From Terrimicrobiaceae bacterium (GTDB lineage: Bacteria; Verrucomicrobiota; Verrucomicrobiia; Chthoniobacterales; Terrimicrobiaceae): a DNA stretch of 64,000 bases. The notes under the pieces are model-generated. The model had not been told where the DNA came from. It saw nothing but the letters and a program-made list of their open reading frames with translations, and searched no databases. Positions 19,977 to 29,251 of the stretch are shown here, piece after piece. How positions within the stretch are numbered: position 1 is the first letter of the stretch; every line of letters starts with the position of its first letter. Where the stretch lies: NCBI GenBank assembly GCA_041752695.1, contig JBGSVZ010000031.1, forward strand, positions 1-64,000, in the 5' to 3' direction. Both the position numbers and the translations under genes were made by a program.

Positions 19977-21004
19977 GTGCGAATAAGCCGAACTTTTTTG
20001 CGATTGGCCTGTTTATCGTCGTTGGCCTGGCCATTCTGGCAGGCGGGCTGATTGCTTTTGGCGCGGGACAAATTTTCCGCCCGCGCATTTACATTGAGAC
20101 CTACCTCGACGGGTCGGTGCAGGGCATCGATGTGGGTAGTCCGGTGAAGTTCAGGGGTGTGGAGATTGGGCGGGTCAGCCAGATCAGCTTCAGCTTTAAT
20201 GAATATGGAGCGCCCAGCGCGGTGGACCGCTACAACTACGTCGTGATTTTGATGGAGATCGACAAGGAAATGTTTCCCGGGATGTTCGACGAGGATCTCA
20301 CGCCGCTGATCGATAAGAATGTGGCCCAAGGCATGCGGGCGCGCATCGAACCTCAGGGCATCACGGGGATGAACTACATTGAGATCAACTACGTGAAGGA
20401 ACCCGGCCAGTTTCCCAAGCTCGAAGTGGACTGGACCCCTCACAATTATTACATCCCGTCCGCGCCGGGGCAACTCACCAGCATTCTGGATTCCGTCAAC
20501 AGCATGATGTCGGACATGAAAAAGATGAACCTCTCTGAGATTCAGGGCGGTTTGGAAAAGCTGCTGGATAACCTCAACAAGGCCGTGACTGATGCCGACC
20601 TTAACAAGGTGAGCCAGGACTTCCAGACGCTGATCGAGCAGGTCCAAAAAGCCGTGGCCGACGCCAATCTGCAAAAAGTCAGCCTGGACTTGCAGGGGCT
20701 GATTGAGGGCATCAACAAGGCTGTGGCTGACGCCAAGATCGGCGAATTGAGTGCTGATGCCCGAGCCATGATCGCGGGACTCGAAAAGTCGAATGTCGAC
20801 ATTCAAAAAATCCTCAAAAACCTTGAGCCGGCGACCCGTCTCAACCCTGCGGAAATCAGGGCCATCCTCACCAATCTCGAACAGACGACGGCCAACCTCG
20901 AGAGCTTCAGTGCCTCGGTGAAGCAGCGGCCATCCTCGCTCCTTTGGGGTGGTCCACCGAAATTGAAGGCGACTCCCACCCCTCGGCCCGAGAAGAAACG
21001 GTAG
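19973..21004 (+). CDS. mlaD: MlaD/MCE family protein
   Basis: N-terminal TM; GIDVGSPVKFRGVEIGRV MCE motif; long helical C-terminus. Confidence 0.9.
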   Translation: MSANKPNFFAIGLFIVVGLAILAGGLIAFGAGQIFRPRIYIETYLDGSVQGIDVGSPVKFRGVEIGRVSQISFSFNEYGAPSAVDRYNYVVILMEIDKEMFPGMFDEDLTPLIDKNVAQGMRARIEPQGITGMNYIEINYVKEPGQFPKLEVDWTPHNYYIPSAPGQLTSILDSVNSMMSDMKKMNLSEIQGGLEKLLDNLNKAVTDADLNKVSQDFQTLIEQVQKAVADANLQKVSLDLQGLIEGINKAVADAKIGELSADARAMIAGLEKSNVDIQKILKNLEPATRLNPAEIRAILTNLEQTTANLESFSASVKQRPSSLLWGGPPKLKATPTPRPEKKR

Positions 21005-21021
21005 ATGTCAATTGTCCGGCG

Positions 21022-22227
21022 CTAACGAGCCGCCTGGAGTAAACCGGCAGCTTTGTCCAACGTCTCCTGCCATTCGCGTTCGGGAACGGAGTCGGCCACA
21101 ATGCCTGCCCCGACATGGAAGGACGCCTGGCCGTTTTCGAAAACTGCCGTGCGGATGGCGATATTAAAACGGCTTTCTCCGTTGTAACCAAAATAGCCGA
21201 TTGCGCCGGTGTAGAGACCGCGGGGGAACGGTTCGAGTTCCGCGATGATTTCCAGGGCCCGTTTTTTCGGGGCGCCCGAGATGGATCCTCCGGGGAAGCA
21301 GGACATCAGCGCCGCGGGGTGGCTGACTTCTGGCCGCAAGGTGCCCGAGACCGTGGAAACGAGATGGTGGACGTGCTCGAAACTTTCGATCTTGAGCAAC
21401 TCGGGCACGCTCACGCTGCCATATTCGCAAATGCGGCCGAGGTCATTGCGTTCGAGGTCGGTGATCATCACCAGTTCGGCAATTTCTTTGGGCGAGGTGA
21501 TCAGGTCGTAGGCAAAACGCTGGTCGAGCTGCGAGTCCGCGCGGCGGGGACGGGTGCCTTTGATCGGCCGGGTCGTTATACTGCGGCCGCTCAGGCTGAG
21601 AAAACATTCCGGGGAACTGGAAACCACCTGAGTCCCCTGAAGGTCGAGAAAAGCGGCATGGGGGGCGGGGGAGTGGTGCCGTAGCGCCTCGTAAAACGGC
21701 CACGCGTCGCCGGCAAAGGGCGCGACGAACGGATGGGAAAGACACACCTGATAAATATCCCCTGCGGCGATGTATTCCTGCGCCCGCCGGACCATTTCCA
21801 GAAAGGTCGGCTCCGCAATTTGCGGGGCAAAGGCGATTTTCGGAAAAGCCGGTTCCTCGCTGAAGCTTGGGAATTGCGGCGGATTGGTCCACGTCGTGGA
21901 ACCATGATGAAAAATATGGAGCGTATCGTAAAACCCAAAACGGAACCGTCCGTCAAACCCCACCCAGCCAATGGCCGCGCCGTCGGGCAATCCGAGGTCG
22001 GCTCCCGGCCTTTGGCGCGCCGTTAACTCCCGCTCTAAAATGGGCCAGTCCGCCGCGGTGCCCGAGAGGACAAGGTCAGGCTCGCAGGCGAGGAGGGTGA
22101 AGGGTTCGGACTCCGCCGCCTGACTGTCGAGGCTCATCAAGCCGGTCCGGGTTCGCAGCGCGCGAGCGGCTTCCTCGGGGGAAAAGGAGCCTGTCAGAGG
22201 GGCAGGGTGGGCGGATGGCCGGGTCAT
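21022..22227 (-). CDS. pabB: Aminodeoxychorismate synthase component I / anthranilate synthase I family
   Basis: GDIYQV, SSSPECF, TRPIKGTRPR, ELVMITDLERNDLGR, FPGGSISGAPKKRA. PIKGT favours PabB over TrpE. Confidence 0.82.
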   Translation of the reverse strand: MTRPSAHPAPLTGSFSPEEAARALRTRTGLMSLDSQAAESEPFTLLACEPDLVLSGTAADWPILERELTARQRPGADLGLPDGAAIGWVGFDGRFRFGFYDTLHIFHHGSTTWTNPPQFPSFSEEPAFPKIAFAPQIAEPTFLEMVRRAQEYIAAGDIYQVCLSHPFVAPFAGDAWPFYEALRHHSPAPHAAFLDLQGTQVVSSSPECFLSLSGRSITTRPIKGTRPRRADSQLDQRFAYDLITSPKEIAELVMITDLERNDLGRICEYGSVSVPELLKIESFEHVHHLVSTVSGTLRPEVSHPAALMSCFPGGSISGAPKKRALEIIAELEPFPRGLYTGAIGYFGYNGESRFNIAIRTAVFENGQASFHVGAGIVADSVPEREWQETLDKAAGLLQAAR

Positions 22228-22315
22228 GCGGCGGAAAAAATCCCTAAAAACTCCGCCGCCGTCCATGTTCTTCTTCTTGAGAAATCTCCGGTTGGCTGAT
22301 TATCTCTTCCGTCCG

Positions 22316-22963
22316 ATGTGGTCCCTGTTTCGATCAATGTTCCTTGTTTTGCTTTCTGCGGCGGCTGTTTGCGCGCAGGAAGCGGCTTCTCCGACGCCCA
22401 CTCCCAACGCGACGCCGGTCCCGACGCAGATCCCGGTGCCGAGTCCCGCCCCGCTTCCTCCGGAGGCTCCGGCGCCACTTGAGCCCGCCGCGACCCCTTC
22501 GCCGACTCCCGACGTCATTCCGATGGAGGGCGCGCCCCTGGACACCCAGGACATCGCCCCGCTTCCGACGCTTGATCAGGCCATGCCCGATGACGCCTTC
22601 ACCCAGCCGAATGCTCTGGTCCCCGATGAGGCTCCGCCGGCGATCAGTCAATCCCTCGACAATGCGCAGGAAAAAGCCCGCTTGCAGAACATTCGTTACA
22701 AGGAGGTTCGTGTGCAGGTCGAAAAGGATCCCAAGGTGAAAAGCCTGCTGGCCCAGGCCGACCGGTCCAAGACGCAGGAAGACAAACGGGCCGCACTTCG
22801 GGAATATTACCGCCTTCTCTTCAAAAAAATCGTCGCGATTGACAAATCCCTGGCCGAGAAATGCGAGATCCTGGAGACATCGTATATCCACCGCCTTGCC
22901 CAGATCCGTCTCGAACCTACCATTCCGCTAAATCCTCCTCCCACTCCGGAGCCTTTAAACTAG
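22316..22963 (+). CDS. Secreted Pro/Thr-rich hypothetical protein
   Basis: Signal peptide ending AVCA-Q, PT-rich N-terminus, helical C-terminus. Confidence 0.65.
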   Translation: MWSLFRSMFLVLLSAAAVCAQEAASPTPTPNATPVPTQIPVPSPAPLPPEAPAPLEPAATPSPTPDVIPMEGAPLDTQDIAPLPTLDQAMPDDAFTQPNALVPDEAPPAISQSLDNAQEKARLQNIRYKEVRVQVEKDPKVKSLLAQADRSKTQEDKRAALREYYRLLFKKIVAIDKSLAEKCEILETSYIHRLAQIRLEPTIPLNPPPTPEPLN

Positions 22964-22997
22964 GGCCGGTTTTTCTCCGCCCTTACCTTTCCTCGCC

Positions 22998-23963
22998 ATG
23001 TTTCGCCGCGCTCCCGAAATGAAAATCGTCACCGGCACGGCCCATCCGTCGCTTGCCAAAGCCATTTGCTCTCATCTGGGGGTGGAACTTGCTGATGCCA
23101 CGGTGAGTTCGTTCCCCGACGGCGAATCGTTCGTCAAAATCAACGAAAATATCCGCGGCCGCGACGTGTTTATCGTCCAGCCCACCTGTCCGCCGACCAA
23201 CCAAAACCTGATGGAGCTACTCATCATGGTGGACGCTGCCCGACGGGCCAGTGCGGACCGGATCACGGCGGTCATCCCGTTTTTTGGTTACGCCCGTCAG
23301 GATCGCAAGGATCAGCCGCGTGTTCCCATCACAGCGAAATTGGTGGCCAACCTCCTTGTCGCCGCCGGGGTGAACCGCGTGCTGACGATGGATCTTCACG
23401 CCCAGCAGCTCCAGGGATTTTTCGACATCCCCGTGGACCATCTTTATGCCCTGCCGGTGATGATGGAATATTGGCAGAGCATTGGCCTGGGCGATCTCGT
23501 GATTGTTTCCCCAGACGTGGGTGGGGTGAAAATGGCCTCGGCCTACGCCCAGAAACTCGGGGCCGGACTCGCCATCGTGGTGAAGCGCCGCAAGAGCGCC
23601 ACCGAGACAGAGGCCGTCACGGTGATCGGCGAGGTGGAGGGAAAAAATGTCATCATTGTGGACGACATTACCGAAACTGCGGGCACCCTGACCGGTGCCG
23701 CTAAGATTTTGCGGGCCCACGGGGCAATGAATATTTATGCTGGTGTTTCACACACAGTCTTGACAGACTTGGCGGTTGAGCGATTGAAAAGCTCAGAAAT
23801 CAAGGAGTTGATCACGACTGACAGCACTCCTGTGGGGGCAAATTCCGATGCCCGCGTGAAGGTGCTATCAGTGGCCAAATTGCTCGGTGAGGGCATTCGG
23901 CGAATCCACGACGACGAGTCCGTGAGCTCGCTTTTTGATATAAAGAACCCGAAAATCCCATAA
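22998..23963 (+). CDS. prs: Ribose-phosphate pyrophosphokinase
   Basis: FPDGE, YARQDRK, DLHA, VSPDVGG, VDDITETAGTL. Confidence 0.97.
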   Translation: MFRRAPEMKIVTGTAHPSLAKAICSHLGVELADATVSSFPDGESFVKINENIRGRDVFIVQPTCPPTNQNLMELLIMVDAARRASADRITAVIPFFGYARQDRKDQPRVPITAKLVANLLVAAGVNRVLTMDLHAQQLQGFFDIPVDHLYALPVMMEYWQSIGLGDLVIVSPDVGGVKMASAYAQKLGAGLAIVVKRRKSATETEAVTVIGEVEGKNVIIVDDITETAGTLTGAAKILRAHGAMNIYAGVSHTVLTDLAVERLKSSEIKELITTDSTPVGANSDARVKVLSVAKLLGEGIRRIHDDESVSSLFDIKNPKIP

Positions 23964-23965
23964 CC

Positions 23966-24619
23966 ATGGCCAAACAAGTCAAACTCTCCGCCCGTCCCCG
24001 CACCGAATCCGGTCGCAATGCGGTCAAACAAGTCCGTTCCCGGGGATCCGTCCCTGCCAACATCTACGGGGGCAAAGGTGCTCCCGCCAACATCGAAGTC
24101 TCGCTGAAGGACATCAAAAGCCTGCTTTCGCATGCCGTTGGTGAAAACATCCTCGTCGATCTCGAAATCACCGAGGGCGGTTCCACCACCAATCGGCTTT
24201 CCCTGATTCAGGAAGTGCAGCACCACCCGGTCCGCGGCGACATCCTCCACGTGGATTTCCACGCGGTTTCGATGACCGAGGAAATCGAGGCGGAAATCGT
24301 TCTCGAACCCGTGGGCGAACCCGCTGGAGTCAAAACTGGTGGCGGTCTGCTTCAGCAGAACATGCGCACGCTGGCCATCAGCTGTCTTCCCAAGGACCTG
24401 CCGGAACTCATCACCGTTGACGTCTCCGGGCTCAATATTGGGGACTACCTGCACGTCAAGGACATCAAGCTTCCGGCTGGCGTCACCGCCGCGATTGATG
24501 GCGAACTCACGGTTTTCCTCGTTTCCGAGCCTACGGTTTCCGAAGAGCCCGCCGCCGCGGCGGCCGCTCCCGAAGTTCTCAAGGAAAAGAAGGCCGAAGG
24601 CGCCGCGGACAAAAAGTAG
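23966..24619 (+). CDS. rplY: 50S ribosomal protein L25/Ctc
   Basis: VPANIYG, QHHPVRGDILHVDF, GVKTGGG; synteny with prs and pth. Confidence 0.96.
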   Translation: MAKQVKLSARPRTESGRNAVKQVRSRGSVPANIYGGKGAPANIEVSLKDIKSLLSHAVGENILVDLEITEGGSTTNRLSLIQEVQHHPVRGDILHVDFHAVSMTEEIEAEIVLEPVGEPAGVKTGGGLLQQNMRTLAISCLPKDLPELITVDVSGLNIGDYLHVKDIKLPAGVTAAIDGELTVFLVSEPTVSEEPAAAAAAPEVLKEKKAEGAADKK

Positions 24620-24634
24620 TCCAACCGCTCGCGT

Positions 24635-25210
24635 GTGGAGCATGCTGTCGTCTTTCGCCTCATTGCGGGTCTGGGAAATCCAGGCCGCCAATACGCTGGC
24701 ACGCGCCACAACGTGGGCTTCCTGGTCCTCGACGAACTCGCCCGGCGTGCGGCCACGGCTTTCCAATTCGATTCGAAATGGAACTCCGAGGTCGCTCCCT
24801 CCGGCGGACGTACTCTCATGAAACCGCAAACGTTCATGAATCTCAGCGGCGAAGCCGTCGGGAGCTACGTGCGTTATCATCGTCTGGACCCCGCGGAAGT
24901 GCTGGTCATCTTTGACGACACCGCGCTTCCTTTGGGTGACCTGCGGATGCGCCGAACGGGGAGTGCGGGCGGGCACAATGGCCTGCGTTCGCTCATTGCC
25001 CATCTGGGCACCGAGGAAATCTCCCGCCTGCGCGTGGGAATCGGAGCGGCCAGAGACACCCTGCACAATCACGTGTTGGGAAAATTTTCCGACGACGAAC
25101 TCCCCGCCGTGCATCTCGCGGTCGACCGTGCGGCCGACGCCGTCGAACACACCAACACCCACGGCTTCGAAGCCGCCATGAACATTTACAACAAAAAACA
25201 AACCCTATGA
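24635..25210 (+). CDS. pth: Peptidyl-tRNA hydrolase
   Basis: GLGNPG, TRHNVGF, KPQTFMNLSG, GGHNGL. Confidence 0.97.
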   Translation: MEHAVVFRLIAGLGNPGRQYAGTRHNVGFLVLDELARRAATAFQFDSKWNSEVAPSGGRTLMKPQTFMNLSGEAVGSYVRYHRLDPAEVLVIFDDTALPLGDLRMRRTGSAGGHNGLRSLIAHLGTEEISRLRVGIGAARDTLHNHVLGKFSDDELPAVHLAVDRAADAVEHTNTHGFEAAMNIYNKKQTL

Positions 25211-25524
25211 AAAACCGTTACGAAGTCCTGCTCACCCTCGATACCCGGGGCAAGGAAGAATCCGTCAAAGACATCATCGACCGCATTGAAAAGATTTTCA
25301 AAGCCGAAGGCGTCGCCATCGAACAGGTCCAGCGTCTCGAAAAACGCGACCTCGCCTACGAGCACAATCACTCGTTCAGCGCGTATTTTGTGAACATCAT
25401 TTTCGAAGCAGAGCCCGCCGGCCTGGAAAAAGTCCGCGGCAAGCTCAAGCTCGACGACGATGTTTCGATGCAGAATTACCTGCGTCTTCCCGCTAAGAAA
25501 AAGACCGTCGAAGCCGCGGCCTAA
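25207..25524 (+). CDS. rpsF: 30S ribosomal protein S6
   Basis: RYE, RDLAY, AYF motifs; 105 aa; lies between pth and ssb. Confidence 0.9.
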   Translation: MKNRYEVLLTLDTRGKEESVKDIIDRIEKIFKAEGVAIEQVQRLEKRDLAYEHNHSFSAYFVNIIFEAEPAGLEKVRGKLKLDDDVSMQNYLRLPAKKKTVEAAA

Positions 25525-25536
25525 TCACTCCTCGCC

Positions 25537-26004
25537 ATGCCGAATCTCAATAAAGTCATGCTCATCGGGAACGTCACGCGCGATCCCGAAGTTCGCTTCA
25601 CCCCCAAAGGAACAGCCGTGGCCGAGGTGGGATTGGCGATCAACCGTGTGTTCACGCCCGAAGGCGGCGAGAAGCGCGAGGAGACCACCTTCGTGGATGT
25701 CACGTTCTGGGGCCGTCAGGCCGAGATCGTGGGCGAATACGCCAAGAAGGGCAAACCGATCTACGTCGAAGGCCGTCTCCAGCTGGATACCTGGGATGAC
25801 AAAACCTCCGGCCAGAAACGCAGCAAACTCCGCGTGGTGGGCGAGCAGCTCCAGTTGCTGGGCGGCCGTCCCGGTGGTGGTGGTCAGGGTGGTGGAGGCG
25901 ATTACGAAGGCGGAGAAGCCCCTGCTCCCCGCCCACAGCGTCCTCCCGCCGCAGCACGTCCCGCTCCGGCGGAACAGCCGGACGACGACGATATCCCGTT
26001 TTAG
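25537..26004 (+). CDS. ssb: Single-stranded DNA-binding protein
   Basis: NKVMLIGNVTRDPE, YVEGRL, C-terminal DDDDIPF. Confidence 0.97.
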   Translation: MPNLNKVMLIGNVTRDPEVRFTPKGTAVAEVGLAINRVFTPEGGEKREETTFVDVTFWGRQAEIVGEYAKKGKPIYVEGRLQLDTWDDKTSGQKRSKLRVVGEQLQLLGGRPGGGGQGGGGDYEGGEAPAPRPQRPPAAARPAPAEQPDDDDIPF

Positions 26005-26041
26005 GTGAACGCCGCACGGCAGGATGCCGATGCCACAATTC

Positions 26042-26069
26042 AGGGCGATCCTTCGGGATCGCCCTTTTT
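26042..26069 (+). terminator. Rho-independent terminator after ssb
   Basis: AGGGCGATCC-TTCG-GGATCGCCCT followed by TTTT. Confidence 0.9.
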
Positions 26070-26158
26070 CTTTCTCACGAAGGGGCGGCGGAAAAATGGA
26101 ACCATGCGATGTCACGGAAGAGTTTGACGCCAGCTCCCTGCGCTTCTATACGCCGTCC

Positions 26159-28102
26159 GTGACATTACACGCTCCAAGGCACTGGCTGTGTCTGTTGGTG
26201 ATTTTCGGTGCGGCTCAGGCTGGCTTGGCTGCCACCGTAGTCTTTCAGAGCGGGCAGATTGCCAGGGACGTCAAAATCGCCGCGGAGACGACGAGTCATA
26301 TCAGCATCATGATGCCGCAGGGACTGGTTCGGTTTCCCCGCGCGGCGGTCAAGTCCATCGATGGCCGTCTGGTCAATCAACCTGCTCCGACCCCGGTTCC
26401 GGAAACGATCGCTCCGCCGGTGGCTGCCCCCGAGTCGGCTCCTCAATACGCGGTCGACCCGCCAGTTCCCGAAGCGGCCGTCGAACCCGCTGTCGCCGCG
26501 CCAGGGAAGCCCGTCATGCCTGAGGTCGAAGTCGAACTCCCGGTCGCGGACGAACCTTCCGGCCCGCCTTACGAACATCGCTGGAATTTCGAATACCTTC
26601 TTCTCGGCCTGCTCATCTTGGGCGGTGTTTGGATGCGCAGCCTGCAGTGGGTGCAAAAGGACCTGTTCGAGCGGCAGGGAGACCCCCGCTTTTGGAGCAC
26701 GGCGGCTTTCCTTCTTCCCGGTCTGGGAGCCGCCCTCTATGGCGTCACGGCGTGGCTTGGCGACCACCTGCATCGCAGGCGCAAGGCGCACTCCTCCGGC
26801 CCGGCACCCACGGAGGAAGCCCCTTCGAGAATGCCGTGGATGATGCCGGCCCGCGATCCGGCGGAATATCTCGCGAGCAAGGGCCAGACCCGCAAAGGGT
26901 TTGAGTTTTTGGACAGCGAGCGGAAATCCGTGCAGATCAAGGATGGCGGCGACGCCACGTCCGGGCTCGAAACCGCCGGCGAAATGCTGGAGGAAGCGCT
27001 GCTCGAAAATGCCAGCGATATCCACATCGAACCCGGTCCCGAAGATTATCGGGTCCGCTTCCGCCTCGATGGGATCATGCACGAACGCATGACCTACAGT
27101 TTGATTGATGGCAAGCGGCTGGTGACCTCTCTCAAGACGCTGGCCGAAATTGACATTGCGGAAAAACGCAAGGCGCAGGACGGACGGTTTCGCGCCCAGG
27201 CTGGCGGCCGCGAAGTGGATTTTCGCGTGGCCACGGCCAACTCCATCCATGGCGAAAAGCTGGTCATCCGGGTGCTTGATCACGGCCGGGGTATTCTGGA
27301 CCTCACCACGCTCGGCATGTCGGATGAGATGCTCGCCACCTTCCAGGGTGTGATCCATTCCCGCAATGGCATGATCCTAGCGACCGGCCCCACCGGTTCC
27401 GGAAAAACCTCCACCCTCTACGCGGCCCTGCGCCAGCTCGATGCCACGCGGATGAACATCATGACCATCGAGGATCCGGCCGAATACGAGCTCGCCGGAG
27501 CCACGCAGATAGCGGTAAATCCCAAAGCGGGCATCACCTATGAAAGTGGCCTCCGTTCGATTTTGCGTCAGGATCCCGATGTGATTCTGGTCGGCGAGAT
27601 GCGCGACACCGAGGCCACCCAGGTCGCCCTGCGCGCTGCCCTGACCGGCCATCTGGTGCTCAGCTCATTGCATACCAAGGATGCGGTTGGTACCATCTCG
27701 CGCCTGCAGGATATGGGCATTGAGCGGTACCAGGTGGCCTCGGCGCTGCTCATGATCATTGCCCAGCGGCTCGTGCGCGTCCTCTGCCCACATTGCCGTC
27801 AGGCCTGCGAGGCGAGGGGTGATGAACTCGACAGCCTCGGGTTCAACTTTGAGCCCGGCACAACAATTTACCAACCGGCCGGGTGTGATCAGTGCCTGAA
27901 CACCGGGTTCCGCGGACGCACCGGGGTTTTCGAACTGCTCGTGATTGACGAGGATATTCGCAAGGCGGTGAGCGAGGGCGTGGACGAATCCGGCCTCGCG
28001 AGGGTCGCGGAGGGGAAGGGGTTTCGCAGTTATCGTTATGACGGCGCCGAGAAGGTCCTGCTCGGCATCACCACCGTGGAGGAAGTGCTGCAAGCGGTCT
28101 GA
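26159..28102 (+). CDS. GspE/PilB-family ATPase with N-terminal signal peptide, exported domain and membrane anchor
   Basis: ASDIHIEP, GPTGSGKT, TIEDPAEY, LRQDPDVILVGEMRD, TGHLVLSSLH, CPHC/CDQC. Start moved to GTG 26159 because the track's start at 26024 overlaps the ssb terminator. Confidence 0.88.
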   Translation: MTLHAPRHWLCLLVIFGAAQAGLAATVVFQSGQIARDVKIAAETTSHISIMMPQGLVRFPRAAVKSIDGRLVNQPAPTPVPETIAPPVAAPESAPQYAVDPPVPEAAVEPAVAAPGKPVMPEVEVELPVADEPSGPPYEHRWNFEYLLLGLLILGGVWMRSLQWVQKDLFERQGDPRFWSTAAFLLPGLGAALYGVTAWLGDHLHRRRKAHSSGPAPTEEAPSRMPWMMPARDPAEYLASKGQTRKGFEFLDSERKSVQIKDGGDATSGLETAGEMLEEALLENASDIHIEPGPEDYRVRFRLDGIMHERMTYSLIDGKRLVTSLKTLAEIDIAEKRKAQDGRFRAQAGGREVDFRVATANSIHGEKLVIRVLDHGRGILDLTTLGMSDEMLATFQGVIHSRNGMILATGPTGSGKTSTLYAALRQLDATRMNIMTIEDPAEYELAGATQIAVNPKAGITYESGLRSILRQDPDVILVGEMRDTEATQVALRAALTGHLVLSSLHTKDAVGTISRLQDMGIERYQVASALLMIIAQRLVRVLCPHCRQACEARGDELDSLGFNFEPGTTIYQPAGCDQCLNTGFRGRTGVFELLVIDEDIRKAVSEGVDESGLARVAEGKGFRSYRYDGAEKVLLGITTVEEVLQAV

Positions 28103-28107
28103 TTGCC

Positions 28108-29205
28108 ATGCCTATCGAACTCCTGGTTTTTCTTCTCGGCCTGCTGCCTGTCGCCCTGCGCGGCTGGATCGGCTGGCGCACGGGCGCGACCCTCGAAATG
28201 CGCCACACGCTCACGTACCTTTTTGCCCTGCTGGCAGCGCTGCGGTACTGGCGTCCGGCGACGGAAGTGGTTCTCGGCGTGGTCCCGCTCGACCTGCAAT
28301 TCGTCGCGGTGGCGGTGTTTCTGGCGCTTTTTGTTGCGGCGGCGCTGGTGGCCGGTCTCGCTGTCAATTTGAAGGGTGAGTTTTACCAGTCCGTCGCCCC
28401 CAATGTTTTTGACAATGCTCTGGGCGCGGTTTGCGGGGTGGTTTCCGGGGCCCTGATCGGCGGGGTGCTGGTGATGCTGTGCGCGTTTGTTCTGCCGGGC
28501 AAGGTGGAGGGATTTGAGGCCGCGAAATTTCCCCAGCGCCTCGACCGTCTTCCTCAATGGGTGTTTCAAGCGGTGGAAACCGAAATCGCCGGTATCGCGT
28601 CGACCAGTCCGTCCGCCACGCAATTTCCGGCACCGGTCCAACCTGTGGTGGTGGAAGCTTTGGTGACAGACACCAGTGTCACGCCACCGCAGGCGGTGCA
28701 GAAATACGAAAAGTTTTCCTATGAAAAGGCCCTCATGAGGGCGCGCGGCAATGCCACGATCCAGCTCGCGCCCGATTCCGCGTTCCGTCTCGATCAGATC
28801 GAAGAGGCGATGCAGACGGCGCAGGCGGAGAAAAAACTGCTGGGATTTCTCATGGTCTGGGATGTGTTTTTCGGGAAGCCGGCCAAGCCCATGGACAAGC
28901 AGGGCGCGGACGCCCTGGCGCATTTTCACGAGGTCTTTCGAGACAACTTGGTCCTGGTGTATGTCCGCCATGAAGAGCTCGACAAGCAGATCGACAAAAT
29001 TCCCGAGGCGGTCAAAAAGGGCTTCTTCGGCTCCAACGGTGCGACCTTCTCGCCCAACATGGCGGTGGTCTCGGCGGATGCCGCGGACTTTGTCTGCCAG
29101 ATTCCCCTTGGCGGGGGCGATGCCACCGAAGGCCGGGCCCGCGAGGCTGTCTTCCGGGAAAAGATTCAGGCGATCAATGCCTGGATCGAAAGCCGTTCTC
29201 CATGA
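28108..29205 (+). CDS. CvpA-like membrane protein fused to a soluble C-terminal domain
   Basis: Four hydrophobic segments with RGWIGWRTG...E and FDNALGAVCGVVSG (CvpA pattern), then about 200 aa hydrophilic. Confidence 0.7.
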   Translation: MPIELLVFLLGLLPVALRGWIGWRTGATLEMRHTLTYLFALLAALRYWRPATEVVLGVVPLDLQFVAVAVFLALFVAAALVAGLAVNLKGEFYQSVAPNVFDNALGAVCGVVSGALIGGVLVMLCAFVLPGKVEGFEAAKFPQRLDRLPQWVFQAVETEIAGIASTSPSATQFPAPVQPVVVEALVTDTSVTPPQAVQKYEKFSYEKALMRARGNATIQLAPDSAFRLDQIEEAMQTAQAEKKLLGFLMVWDVFFGKPAKPMDKQGADALAHFHEVFRDNLVLVYVRHEELDKQIDKIPEAVKKGFFGSNGATFSPNMAVVSADAADFVCQIPLGGGDATEGRAREAVFREKIQAINAWIESRSP

Positions 29206-29251
29206 ATTGGCAGGCGCGATTGAGGGTCAAATTGCGCACCCGGTCGAAATC

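Noticed and set aside
26024..26158. N-terminal 45 aa of the track's 692-aa ATPase ORF
   Set aside because: Overlaps the ssb terminator hairpin; GTG 26159 gives a clean signal peptide.
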